The notes beneath the pieces were generated by a model. That model did not search any database. It saw only the letters and a program-made list of their open reading frames with translations, and was not told the DNA's origin. Made by a program: the position numbers and the translations under genes. Source: Nageia nagi (taxonomy: Eukaryota; Plantae; Pinophyta). From it: DNA of 64,000 bases. This document shows, in pieces, positions 26,290 to 37,579 of this stretch (the stretch's first letter is position 1; each line of letters starts with the position of its first letter). The stretch covers positions 108,934,001 through 108,998,000 of the forward strand of contig JBITNC010000001.1 of assembly GCA_050084985.1 (NCBI GenBank), written 5' to 3'.

Positions 26290-27907
26290 CTAATGAATGT
26301 TGAAGACTAGCTCTCAACTTCTACAAAAGTGTTAGCCCCATCTATTTGTTGTTCTTAAAAAAAATGAATTGAACTACCACCTTGGCCTCATCTCTCTCTA
26401 ACTTTTAATGGTCCCTCTCTACCTTGTATTTATAATGAGCTAAGTTAGATTGAGCTAACTAGAATTATAAATCATAAATATTTCCTAATAATGAATCAAT
26501 ACTAGCCACGTAAGGGGGAAGAACTTCATCCTCTCTAGCATTTGCCTCCTCACCTTATGTGGCTCTCTCACCCTATCTTGTCTCCTCAAGAATGTCAATA
26601 ATTACCTCTAGCTTAGCCTCCTTAGGAATGTCTATTATAGGCTCTACCTTAGCCTCCTCTACTGCACACACATCAACCTCCATTCTCTATTATACCTAAC
26701 ATCCATGATCCTCCTCATCCACCTCCTCTAACTCCACCTACCACAAAACATCAAAATCCTTGATAACCCTAACATCATCTGTAGTAAACTCCTCCTCAAT
26801 AACCTCCTCCTGAGTAATGTTGGGTTGGACATACGCCAAAGTATGCACACACTTAACTAGAAGGGTTTTCTCTTGCTAATATCTCACTATCTCAAGAGGC
26901 ACATGCTAAACTAACCCAAACTACCATCTAATGCATTCAAACTAAAAGTACTCTAAAAACATGATCCTCCTACCACTTAAGATCTTATCTTGATAAATAT
27001 TTGTAAACTCTACCTCAAACTCATCCCATGTGGGATATATATGGTATGGATTGAACCTAACATGATTAAGAACTATATGAGAAAGCATATCTTTGTAAAA
27101 TCTCACATCCTTGAAAACCCCATCTATTTCATGTAAATAAGAATCCCCTCTCCACCTCATGATGCTAGTTGGGTACTCAACATGGCTAGCACATATAGGA
27201 ATGGGTAACCCTAAAGGATGAGCAACTAGAATATGCTTATAAGCACAATATTGGAAAGTAATTATAATCAAAAGTGAAGCTTTATGACCTTACGAGTAAA
27301 AGAAAAAATCCATATAACTCTAGATCAACAAATTTAGTGCCCATACATACATAGTGTCATGCTATAATATATCTACTACAACTGGCAAGAGAGATCATGG
27401 AAACCTCCCACTACCAATATCAAGAAGGATGTAACATTGAATAATTCCCATCAAATAAGAAAATTGAATACTACCCTTCTAGTCTTCCATTCAGTACTGA
27501 TAGTACCTAATACCGCTTGAGCTAATATTAGATATGATGGTATCTACCCTATTAGCTTCATACAAATATGACATAATTGTTAAAGGTCCATCTCAATTGA
27601 TAGATGTTGGATCCTCTAACCATGTACTAGAAGATGATAAAGGTGATGAATTTCCTCTATAGTAACTATCATTTCCCCTATCGGGAGATGAAAGGTGAAA
27701 GTTATAGAATCCCATCTCTCAAGCAATGCAACCAAAAGAGGGTAATCCTAATGGATGTGGACCATCAAGGGCTTCACCTTAGAACTTGTAGTACAAAATA
27801 AAATATGATATCCAACTATGAGAAAATATCACCCCTCCTAAAGAATGGATTGGTATCACCCTCTAAGCTCAAATACATCTCAAACCTAAAAATAATTACT
27901 AGCTTAA

Positions 27908-27949
<42 letters not shown>

Positions 27950-28292
27950 CCTACAACTCAAGGTCAAACATCGATGACTAGGTGACTAGATTATAGGATC
28001 ATTGGCATCCAATACTTGAATGCTAATGACCTTATGAATCTTTGACCTTGGATCATGATCATGATTGAGGGTTTAAATTTAAAAAAAAAAAAAAGCAAAA
28101 TGGAGCTTAAAATTAAAAAACAAAATGGTTAAAAATCATTAAAATTAGTAAAATAACTATCCTATAGTTTTTATTTTCTAAATTATGTGCTAAAAATTAA
28201 ATAACATGTAAAAATTTAAAAGGGAGGGTTCTAAACCCTATCTCCTCTCTTATTGGCCTCCTTTGGCCAACTGGTCTCCTCCTAAGTGGCAT
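26290..28292 (-). pseudogene. Plant Mobile Domain (PMD, MAIN/MAIL-like) cargo gene, copy 1, degenerate
   Basis: LLERWDSITFTFHLPIGEMIVTIEEI (~27650-27725); QYCAYKHILVAHP..RW..FYKDMLS..VRFNPY (ORF 26942..27271); decayed RQFG..Q.VP; acidic tail. Confidence 0.8.
27908..27948. repeat. (AAT)n microsatellite, in a putative PMD intron
   Basis: About 13 AAT units. Confidence 0.95.
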
Positions 28293-28799
28293 CATGGTCA
28301 AATAAAAGTGATACACAGAGCATAGAAGTGGTCAAACTCAAGAAATATGGGACAAGGAAGTAAGAATAGGCTCTAAAATAGCAAAGAGTAAATAAGAAAA
28401 TGATACCTACCCTTTGTTTTTTTAAACCCTCCATGATCCATATCATCGATGATTGGTAATCAGATGTTGGAAACCCTTTAGAATGCTAACAACTCATCCT
28501 AATCGCTAATGATCCATGACATAAATTAGAAATGATTATAATATTAAAAATTAAGCATTTCAATATTTCAAGTTTGAAACATAATCAAATATGAGATGAG
28601 TAACATGATTTAGTCCTCCCAATAGTATTTATTTTTCCAAGACTTTATTCACCCTCCTTCTAGGGTCATAAAATAATAATAATAATAATTAAAAAATATG
28701 TTTCATAAATAAGAGGAATACATTTTTTTACTTGTTGACCTGATTATAGCCAAGTATTTCAAAAAAATTAAAATGCGTGAGTAATTTTGAATTCAAGAA

Positions 28800-31300
28800 T
28801 TAATCCTTCTTTTGATAGATGAAATCCTTCCTCTTTATGTACTTAGTTATAGGGGAAATTATATTGTTGAAGTTCTTGATAAACTTTGTGTAAAAGGTAG
28901 CTATGCCATGAAAGCTCCTTATTTTTATTATAGTTTGTGTAATAGGCCATTCCATAATCACCTTCACTTTTTCATCATCCATCCTCATGCCATCTCTTGA
29001 GATTACAAATCCCAAAAGCATTAAACTATCTTGAAGAAATCTACATTTCTTTAAATTAACATGTAGTTTCTCATTCTTGAGCACATCTAACACCAATTTT
29101 AGGTGTAACAAATGCTCTTATTCACTTTTACTGTAAATAAAAATATCATTAAAATACATAATCATGAATTTACCATTATATTCCCATAGTGCCATGTTAT
29201 TCAACTGCATAAATGTACTGGGTGCATTACATAACCCAAATTGCATCACCATCCACTTGTACAACCTATCTTTTGTCTTAAAAGTTGTGTTCCATTCATC
29301 ACCTTCTTGAATTTTGATCTAGTGTATCCACTTTATAGATCAATTTTACTAAAGTATTTATCTCCAGCCAATCCATCCATCATATCACTCACTCTTGGCA
29401 TAATGTATCAATACTTTATTATGATCTTGTTTATGGCTCTATAGTCCTCACACATCCACCATGGAACATCTTTCTTTGGGGTTAGCAATTATGAGTTGCA
29501 CATGGACTTATACTCTCCTTGAATAATCCCTTCTTTATTAACTCTATCACTTACCTACTCAACTTTGCATTTTTAAGTAGGTTCAATCAATAAGTTGCTT
29601 GATTTGAAAGTGCTAATCTTGTGATCAAATCCATACGATGTTGTATATTGCTCTTTAGTAACAACCCATACGGAAACTCCTCTAGTGTCCCATCTTCATA
29701 TTATTTTAGTAACTAAGTTTTTGCTATAGCTATAAAAATTCCTCTATTTTTAGCTTCCTAGTTATTATGCATAATAGAAGCTAGCTTCTTTAATTGCTGC
29801 AAGAAACTCCTTCATTACCAACAAGCTCTCACTTGATCTATCCTTCTTCAAAGGCACAAGAACCACCTGCACACCATCCTTCCAAAATGTGTTAGTATTA
29901 TTTTTACCATTATGATTAGAATCCCTATCATATTGCCAAGTTTTCCCTAGAAGAATGTGGCATGCATCAATTGGGATCACATCATACCATACTTCATCCT
30001 TGTAAGCTTTCCCAATTGAGAAGTTGACTAAACACCTCTTATCAATGGTCACTTTATTTTTTTTCTTAATCCATGAAACAAAATAAGGGTTTTTATGTGT
30101 CTCAAATTTTAGTTTTAGTTTATTAACCATGATATCAGAGACCAAAATTTCACAACTACCCCATCGATGACCATGTTACATACCTTTCCTCCTAAAGTGC
30201 ACCTTGTGCAAAAAATATTATTATATAACTAAGAATCTCCATAATCTTATTCTTACATGCTTAACTTGTATGGAATAATGAGGGTTATCCTTAACATGAG
30301 GGTTTCACCAATATTTACAATGACTTCTATCTCTATCTCTTCCTCTTCTTCAACTAGAATGACCCTAGCTTGTTCCCTTTCTTCTACATCATATGAAGGA
30401 TAGTCAAATGTTTTTTACCTTCCTCTCCATATCTATAACATATGAATGGTTTCCATGGCCATTACCCATCCTACCTCCACCATTACCTCTTCTTCTTGGA
30501 AACCCTCTTCCTCTTTGGGAGGTATCTTGAACTTGTCCTACCTGATCCTCCTTTTTGGTAAATGTTAAAGTTTCTCCTTTAGAGAAATTAAATCCACCAC
30601 ACCCTTGATTTGAAGAGGATGTTTATCCTTTCTTCCCCCATCTATTAAACCTCTTAAGCTTCTCCTTAGCTCTCAAGGCCATTTGGTATGCATCCTTTAT
30701 AGTAAGAGTATGGTTCATACTTATCTCATCTTGAATAGAGAAACTTAGGCCATTTACATACCTTGTAGCTCTCTACTCATCCATCTCATTATGCTCTACC
30801 TAAATGGATAATTTGTAGAACTCATTGGTGTAATCTTTAACACTCTATTATTTTTATGAAAGATTCTAGAATCTACAAAATAAGGTATAGGAATAAATTT
30901 CTCTTTGACTTCTTCTTCATCTTGGGCCAAGCTTGGGTCTTTTATTTTCCCTTTCTCTATCATGAAGCCTATAGATGATCCCACTAAATCAATGCATTAC
31001 CCTTTAACTTCATTTATGCAAGCTTTACCTTCTTATCCTTAGCTAGATTACCCCATTAAAAGTACTTCTCCATACTATTTACCCAATTGATCAACTCCTC
31101 TAGTTTCAACCCACCAACATACTCAAGAACCTTGATCTTAATCCCATCTTGATTTCCTCTTATCCTTTCTAAGGCTTAGATTAGCTTATTTTTGAAGTGT
31201 TTTCCCACTTCTTTCAGATGTATTGGTTCTCCCTCCATCTCAACATTAAGTACATATTCCCCAACATGCTCTGATTGTTAGATATAGGATTCAGGCATGC
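28800..31300 (-). pseudogene. gag-protease-RT relic of element B
   Basis: gag KVLEYVGGLKLEELINWVNSMEKYF; protease ORF 29765..30145 (DACHILLGKTWQYDR); [10 protein letters not shown] and ORF 28800..29111 (RSFHGIATFYTKFIKNF). Confidence 0.9.
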
Positions 31301-31472
31301 ATGGGTCTCCTCTCCTCCATATGGTTAATTACACTAGTTAACCATCCTATTTATACATGTGGATCCTCTATCTACCTATTCATGTGGGTATAAGCACCAA
31401 CTACACCCCTAGCTTATCTTCTAGGTAGCATAATCCCTCCACTAGAGAGATCACACCTACTCTAATACTAGA

Positions 31473-31823
31473 TGATGTGAATTCAATTGAAATAGACCAA
31501 AAAAATAGACTTTAATCACATAAATCTATTAAAATGAAAGAAACTTACATACAATTCTCTTCTCATTCCTAAATTCACAATACTTCTCAAAGAGAGTACA
31601 ATGCCTCATATAGTAACTTTCTAAAAATAGAAACCTACTTAAAATAGAAATGAGTTGGATTGGATGCCCAAAATTGGCATGCACATGCCCCTTAAAATCA
31701 TTAGCCTTAATATAAAATATCTAGACTTAACTAATTGTAAATCAAAAGATATTAAATTTTTAACATGTAAAAAAGCCTAAACATCTAGAGAACTAAAAGT
31801 AAATACTAACTTTGGGATGCTAG
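31473..31823 (-). repeat. 5' LTR of element B, part 1 (continues at 35766-35916)
   Basis: Homologous to 19265-19615; split by the Copia insertion at GCTAG. Confidence 0.9.
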
Positions 31824-32107
31824 TGTTGGAAGTATTTCTAACATGATTCCTAAGTCCTAAGTTATTAGGATTAATTAATTAGGACTAAAGTATTTTCCTA
31901 AGTATCTAGGTCTAAGTATTTATTAGTTTATTGTTATAACAAGTAATTTGTCATGTAGTGATCTAAGGGTGATACATATAGTGTGAGTTTTTTTTTATGG
32001 TCATGAGAATATTATTCTCAACTTCTTATATTCTCTTATAATGGCTTTCTTAAGCCTATATATGTAACTCATTTTGATGAATAATCAAGAACATTTTGGT
32101 TCTCTTA
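31824..32107 (+). repeat. 5' LTR of the Copia derivative
   Basis: TGTTGGAAG...GTTCTCTTA, 284 bp. Confidence 0.95.
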
Positions 32108-32109
32108 AA

Positions 32110-32121
32110 TGGTATCAGAGC
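32110..32121 (+). promoter_or_regulatory. Primer binding site (tRNA-iMet)
   Basis: Perfect TGGTATCAGAGC two bases after the LTR. Confidence 0.95.
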
Positions 32122-32775
32122 TTAATCAATCATAGGGTTAGAGTGGGTGAAGTCTTGAAGGATCTTATCAAGCTCCTCAAGGACTATCATCAGAATTATT
32201 GAGCTTGTGGATGCATTGCAAAGAATTTATCAAATTCTTGCAAGTGTGAGATCCAAAGCCTCTAAAAAATTCTTGTTTCTATGGAAGCAAAGAGCTGACT
32301 TAGTGTTGTGATGTTCCATACCTATCCATGTACGTGAAGGAGAGACTAACATCTATGTACTATGTAGCATAGTGGATCATCAAATCATTGTGGAGGCTCT
32401 ATACATGTGTAGTGATGCTGCAAAGTGCATCTACCTGAAGGCTAGGCACTACTATTTTATGAGGATCATGTAGATAGCTAGTGTGAAGACCAGCATGCCC
32501 AACCAAGTGCATGAGGTGTGTAGATAAAGAGGAGAAGCCTACGCATGTGAAGGATGTACTCTTGGAGGAAAGAGAAATGAAAAGCAGTGAGATCTACCAC
32601 CTAAGGAGGAGCGCTATTGGATTGCTACACTATTGAACCCATAGGGATCCCTTACCACCATTCTCAGGCTACATTTACAGACTCACTACCAGACTTGTTG
32701 CATTTGGTGAAGCTATGTCAATGCTACCAAAGAAAGCCATATCTTTGGCAACCTAAAATTTTCATATTCCACTGA

Positions 32776-32908
32776 TGTTGTTTACGCATTTGGTGGCCCA
32801 TGTGGAGGAGATGTACATTGTAAAAAAGTGAATTGATCTGGTTTTGTTGTTTATGCATTTGGTGGCCCGCATAGAGGAGACGTGCTTTGTAAAAAGTGAA
32901 TTGATCTA
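32776..32908. repeat. 69-bp tandem duplication in the Copia leader
   Basis: tgttgtttacgcatttggtggccc..gaggaga..aaaagtgaattgatct at 32776 and 32845. Confidence 0.85.
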
Positions 32909-33668
32909 TTTAAAAAAAATTATATTACATGATGCTCGCTTGAGAAAGAGGATGAGTGAGGAATCAAGTGAAGAAAGGAAACACCCACATAGAAGAAGGG
33001 CATCTGTAAGCACTACCTACAAAAGCATTGAATACTTGCTAAAATACTAGTCCATGAGGTAGAAACTATTATGAGGGGGAGATTTGGTGAAGCAGTGTCA
33101 ACGCTACCAAATAAAAGGTGTGAAGGGATGGTAGATCTGCACCAGTGAGAAGAGGTGTTTATAGAAGGCCTATGAGCCAAAGGAGCCATAATCACTAAAG
33201 GAAGTGAGGTTGGACTAACTGCTACCATTTATTGCATTTGATTGCTATAATATCAATACTTTCATGAAAAGCCATATCTTTGGTGGCTTGACCAATATAG
33301 ACTAAGTTGAGAGTCACTGCTAAGAGCTGCATGCATCCAATACTTACAAGAAGACTAGTATCAAGTGCGTAATTTCCAATAGTATATGTTGTGTGATCTG
33401 CTATGTTTTCATGGTGATAGCTACAAGAGAACATAGCCCATATGAGTAAGCCTCATGCCCATTGAAGCTGGCCTACCAACATGACTAGAGATTATGCATC
33501 TAGATCTGAGAAGGAGGTGGTTAAAAGGCCATATATTTTCATCTTTGTTAATATCTAATTTTGATTACAAAGAGTGAAAGATAGTGAGCAAAAGTAATTA
33601 AAGATTACTTTTGCAAAAATACTGGTGCTAAAGGTTTTCTAATTTTTTAAGACAAAAATTAAACAAAG

Positions 33669-35512
33669 ATGGATTCCATGCTTGAAAACTTGGTGGTGCC
33701 CAAGTTTGATGGACAAAATTATGCTTGGTGGAGCATAATAATGAAGACCTTGCTCAAGGCTAAGGACCTTTGGAGCATTATAGAAGATGGGTATGATGAA
33801 CCTCCATCTTGGAAGTCTCTTAAAGGAGAAGAGAAAAGAGAAAAGAAGAAAAAGCAATATCAAAATTGCTTAGCTCTCATGGACTTAAGAAAAGGTATGA
33901 AAGAAAATGTTTTTCCTCTTATAGCAATTTGTAAATTAGCTTCTATTGTATGGAAGGTTTTGAAAGATGTTTTTAATGTTAATGAATATGAAGCTTGTGT
34001 GAACAAAGGGGAAACTTGTTCTTTTGGTGAAGGCTCATGGGAAGAGCCATATATGCTTGAAGAGCCTGATGGAGACTTATGTGGAGAGCCTTGTTTTAAA
34101 GATCCTTTTAAAGGACTTTTTGAAGACATGTATTATGAAGAAGGCATGCATGATGATGAAGAGGAAGCTTATGAAGAATGCCTAATGGAGAAGGCATATT
34201 GTAAAAAATGTCTCATGAAGGAGGCATGTCATGAAGAGTGTCTCATGAAGATGGCACCATCTTAGAAATTTGTGGATTCAAATCATGGATCACAAATCAT
34301 TCTCATGGAAGAGAATGTTGAAGATAAGGAGCATTGTTGGCTCCCTTATGATGAAGACCACTCACATGGAGTGGAGAAAAATGAAGAGTGCTCCATGGAG
34401 GAGGCATATGATGTTTGTCTTAAAGAGGTAATATGGGATAATGATCCAAGAGAGATCATTGATGAAGATGAGATGAAGGCTATTAACTTCATCCTCAATG
34501 GAGAAGACCACTTATCAAGAGTGGAGAATGAAGATGACTATCTCAAGGGGGAGATGGAAGATAATGAGATAGCCATTGATGGACTTCATGGTGAAATGGA
34601 GGCATCAAAAGATCTTGAGAGTTGTCTTATAAAGGCAACAATATGCAAACAGGAACCATGGGAATTCCTTATCATGAATGAAGAAATGATTGCTTTAAAA
34701 GCAACATCAAAGGAAAGATTAATGTGGATATCTACTCACCAAAACATCATTAGAGGAAATGATTTCTTATTTTTTGGCTTATTTGCTAGTGCTACTAATG
34801 AATGTTTGCTAATCAAATGTGTGAAGGATAGGTTGAAGGCTATGGAGAATGGAGGAGAATGTCTTATCAAGGCATTGTTGAGGATTACATCATGGAGACA
34901 ACATTAAAGAGTCTTCCTTGGGAGAATACATTGATGAAAAACTTGGGTCATGTGGATCCAAATGATGATTGTAAAATCTTAGTAAGGTGTGATTTTTTGA
35001 GTGAAACTTTGTGTGAGGAGCAACATTTGGTTGCATATGTAATAAGCCAATGTGTGGCTTTCTATTGTTTGAAAGTGTGTGTAGAAGTTTGTGAGAGAGT
35101 ACTATGGTACAATTATTATTGTGAGATGATGAATACATACTCATGTGGAGTATGGATATGTAATGATGTAAAAGATGATGATGTAAAAGCATGGTTTGAA
35201 GACCATCCAAGAGATGAAAGAGAGTGGTTGATTAAAATCACATATGGAGAGACTTTTGTTGAAGGGGGAGCTTCTCAAGAAAAGGAGGCACTCAATGAAG
35301 GAGCAACATCAACAACAACAAAGAAGATTCCACACAACAAGTGGAAGGAATTCCCACATCATATTTTTCAAAAATTTGATTTCCTATTGATTAATTGGAG
35401 GAAACACAAATTGTTTTCTTCCAACTATTTGATGTCTAAAGAACTCTTTGCATTCCTTAGCATCAAGGGGGAGTATGTTGGAAGTATTTATAACATGATT
35501 CCTAAGTCCTAA
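33669..35512 (+). pseudogene. Copia Gag N-terminal domain (DUF4219/UBN2-like) fused to an acidic, Cys-rich repetitive region; one in-frame stop and one frameshift
   Basis: PKFDGQNYAWWSIIMKTLLKAKDLWSIIEDGYDEP; ORFs 33669..34265 and 34272..34907 share a frame, and 34859..35512 overlaps in another; ends with Copia pol-like SIKGE over the PPT. Confidence 0.8.
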
Positions 35513-35760
35513 GTTATTAGGATTAATTAATTAGGACTAAAGTATTTTCCTAAGTATCTAGGTCTAAGTATTTATTAGTTTATTGTTATAACAAGTAATT
35601 TGTCATGTAGTGATCTAAGGGTGATACGTATAGTGTGAGTTTTTTTTTTATGGTCATGAGAATATTATTCTCAACTTCTTATCTTGTCTTGTAATGGCTT
35701 TCTTAAGCCTATATATGTAACTCATTTTGATGAATAATCAAGAACATTTTGGTTCTCTTA
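35476..35760 (+). repeat. 3' LTR of the Copia derivative
   Basis: 285 bp, preceded by PPT 35465-35473 and followed by TSD GCTAG. Confidence 0.95.
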
Positions 35761-35967
35761 GCTAGATGGCATAGTTAGGTTCTAAAAACATGATTTTTAG
35801 AGGGTCTAGCATAATAAAGTTAAGCCAAATGTAGAACATGCACATAGAGCCATGTTTTAAATTTCAAGGAAAATGAACATCATGATCAAAAGTTATGGCT
35901 CTAGCAAGGTGCATTAAGAGTTTTACACAAGATATTTATGATAGTTTTGTTGGTTGCCTTATCTTTT

Positions 35968-37579
35968 TGTAATGTGCCTTTCAAAGGTTTATCCAATTTC
36001 TCACTTTATTCTACATTCATTCATAAATTAGGGCATCAAAGTAAATGCTCATTATCCATCCAAACATGTGCTTAAGACTAGAATATAATAATAATAACCA
36101 AATCTAATATAAAGCTCTTATAACATGCAAATATGACCAAAACTAGGGCATAAATCAAATTTATAATGTAACAAAAATATAGCTCTAAAATACCATAATT
36201 TTATGGATTTTTAAAACAAGTTAATCAAAGGCACTATTGTAGTAAATATTGAATATTGAGAAAAAAAATTTGCAAATGGAGACTAAGATACTCTACTACT
36301 CTTAATATCATCAATAAGAATCACATAAATATGTATAAAAAGATATAAAGGGTTCCTCTCACTTATGAGAGTACATTCACTATAACAAGATGATATATTA
36401 CTCTCCAATAGTGAATATTATGGCAATTGATAACTCTCTCTTCAAAGGCAATACTTGCTTATTCAAGACTTACTCACAATCTCTCTACTCTATGCTTCTA
36501 CAATGATCACTATGAGACAAGCTCTCAAATCTCTATCTCAATGCTATGTGAACAATCGTAATCACATGCACTTCACTTGCATTACTTCTCAATACAAAAC
36601 TACATCCAAAATGTTTTATTTATAGATGGGAGAGCCCACTTTGATTGATGTTCAATACCCAACCAATATAATTACATATTGATTTATTGTATTACATAAG
36701 TGGGCTCATGTTCCTTTTTAAATTTTAGTTATCTGCAATATACATACATTTTTATTTTAAATAATAAGAAATACATATACCCAAGTGAACATTACAAATA
36801 TTCCAACATAATTTGCATATGTTCCCATGCATAATGATAATAATAGTATAACAAAAATATATAGGAATATCCATTCATATTTAAAATGTGTTATGAGAGA
36901 TAATATCATCAATAATCAACAAAGAATAATGATATAATAAGCGTATAATAAGTTGTAGAAAAAATACCAAGACTCCAAAATATTTAAAATAGACTCCATA
37001 AGGATGGAACAAGTCCTAAGGAGGATCCCAAGCTTGGCGCAAGTATCAAGATGACTCCTAATGATTGACATAAGCTCCCAAATGGAAATAATAATAGGAA
37101 CAAGATCTCTAATAGGTGTAGAAGTGTATATGATCCATTCGTAGGCTAAGGAGCATTCTTAAGCCCTAAAAGGTACAATATGGAAGCATCCCTAAGATCT
37201 AAATTATCCAAGATCAAATACACAATATGATGTCTTTAAGTAACCAAATGAATTATCTTTATAGCATTCCAAAATTGCCAATATGCCGCTAAATGTTAGT
37301 TGAATAGGATAGGGGAAATAATAAAATATTAAACTACCTCAAAACCTCCCAATATGGTTGACTTGGATGTGGGGTCATTATATCAATTAATGGCCCTTTT
37401 TTACTATCTTAAATAAATACATAATTTTCCCAATTTGAGCATTTTTCCCCTAAGGCATAAATATGAGTATGGTAAATACATAATTTTGATAAATAAAGTA
37501 CTCATAATCTAAGTATTAAAGATTACAATGAATAGGTATGAGGGTATATGTCTAGATGTCCCAAATTGGGAATATTACA
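35968..37579 (-). repeat. 3' LTR of element C (1612 bp)
   Basis: TGTAAT...ATTACA; TATA-like CTATAAATA on the minus strand at 36617-36625. Confidence 0.88.

Larger units (their letters stand above)
21262..28790 (+). mobile_element. Family-D Ty3/Gypsy (Tat/Ogre-like) element, copy 1: LTR plus internally deleted body with antisense PMD gene
   Basis: Begins TGTAGACACCCAAAAATGAC; 24700-28300 is homologous (inverted) to ~49300-54000; no pol recognised; the right boundary and the LTR end are uncertain. Confidence 0.65.
31824..35760 (+). mobile_element. Young non-autonomous Ty1/Copia derivative (TR-GAG-like), 3937 bp
   Basis: LTRs 31824-32107 and 35476-35760 differ by 5 substitutions + 1 indel (manual count); perfect TSD GCTAG; PBS TGGTATCAGAGC 32110-32121; PPT AAGGGGGAG; Copia Gag N-terminus; no PR/INT/RT motifs recognised. 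Confidence 0.93.
19265..35916 (-). mobile_element. CRM-like chromovirus B (full-length termini, two nested insertions)
   Basis: LTRs 19265-19766 and 31473-31823+35766-35916; TSD atagt/agagt; PPT after 19766; decayed Met PBS at ~31459-31470; CRM-like PR, RT and INT peptides. Confidence 0.88.

Noticed and set aside
26290-28292. Calling the PMD sequences functional host MAIN/MAIL genes
   Set aside because: Both copies have multiple stops and frameshifts and are embedded in homologous retroelement sequence.
33639-35210. Minus-strand ORFs 33639..33863, 33860..34129 and 34890..35210
   Set aside because: Antisense shadows of the Gag-fusion ORF with no independent motif.
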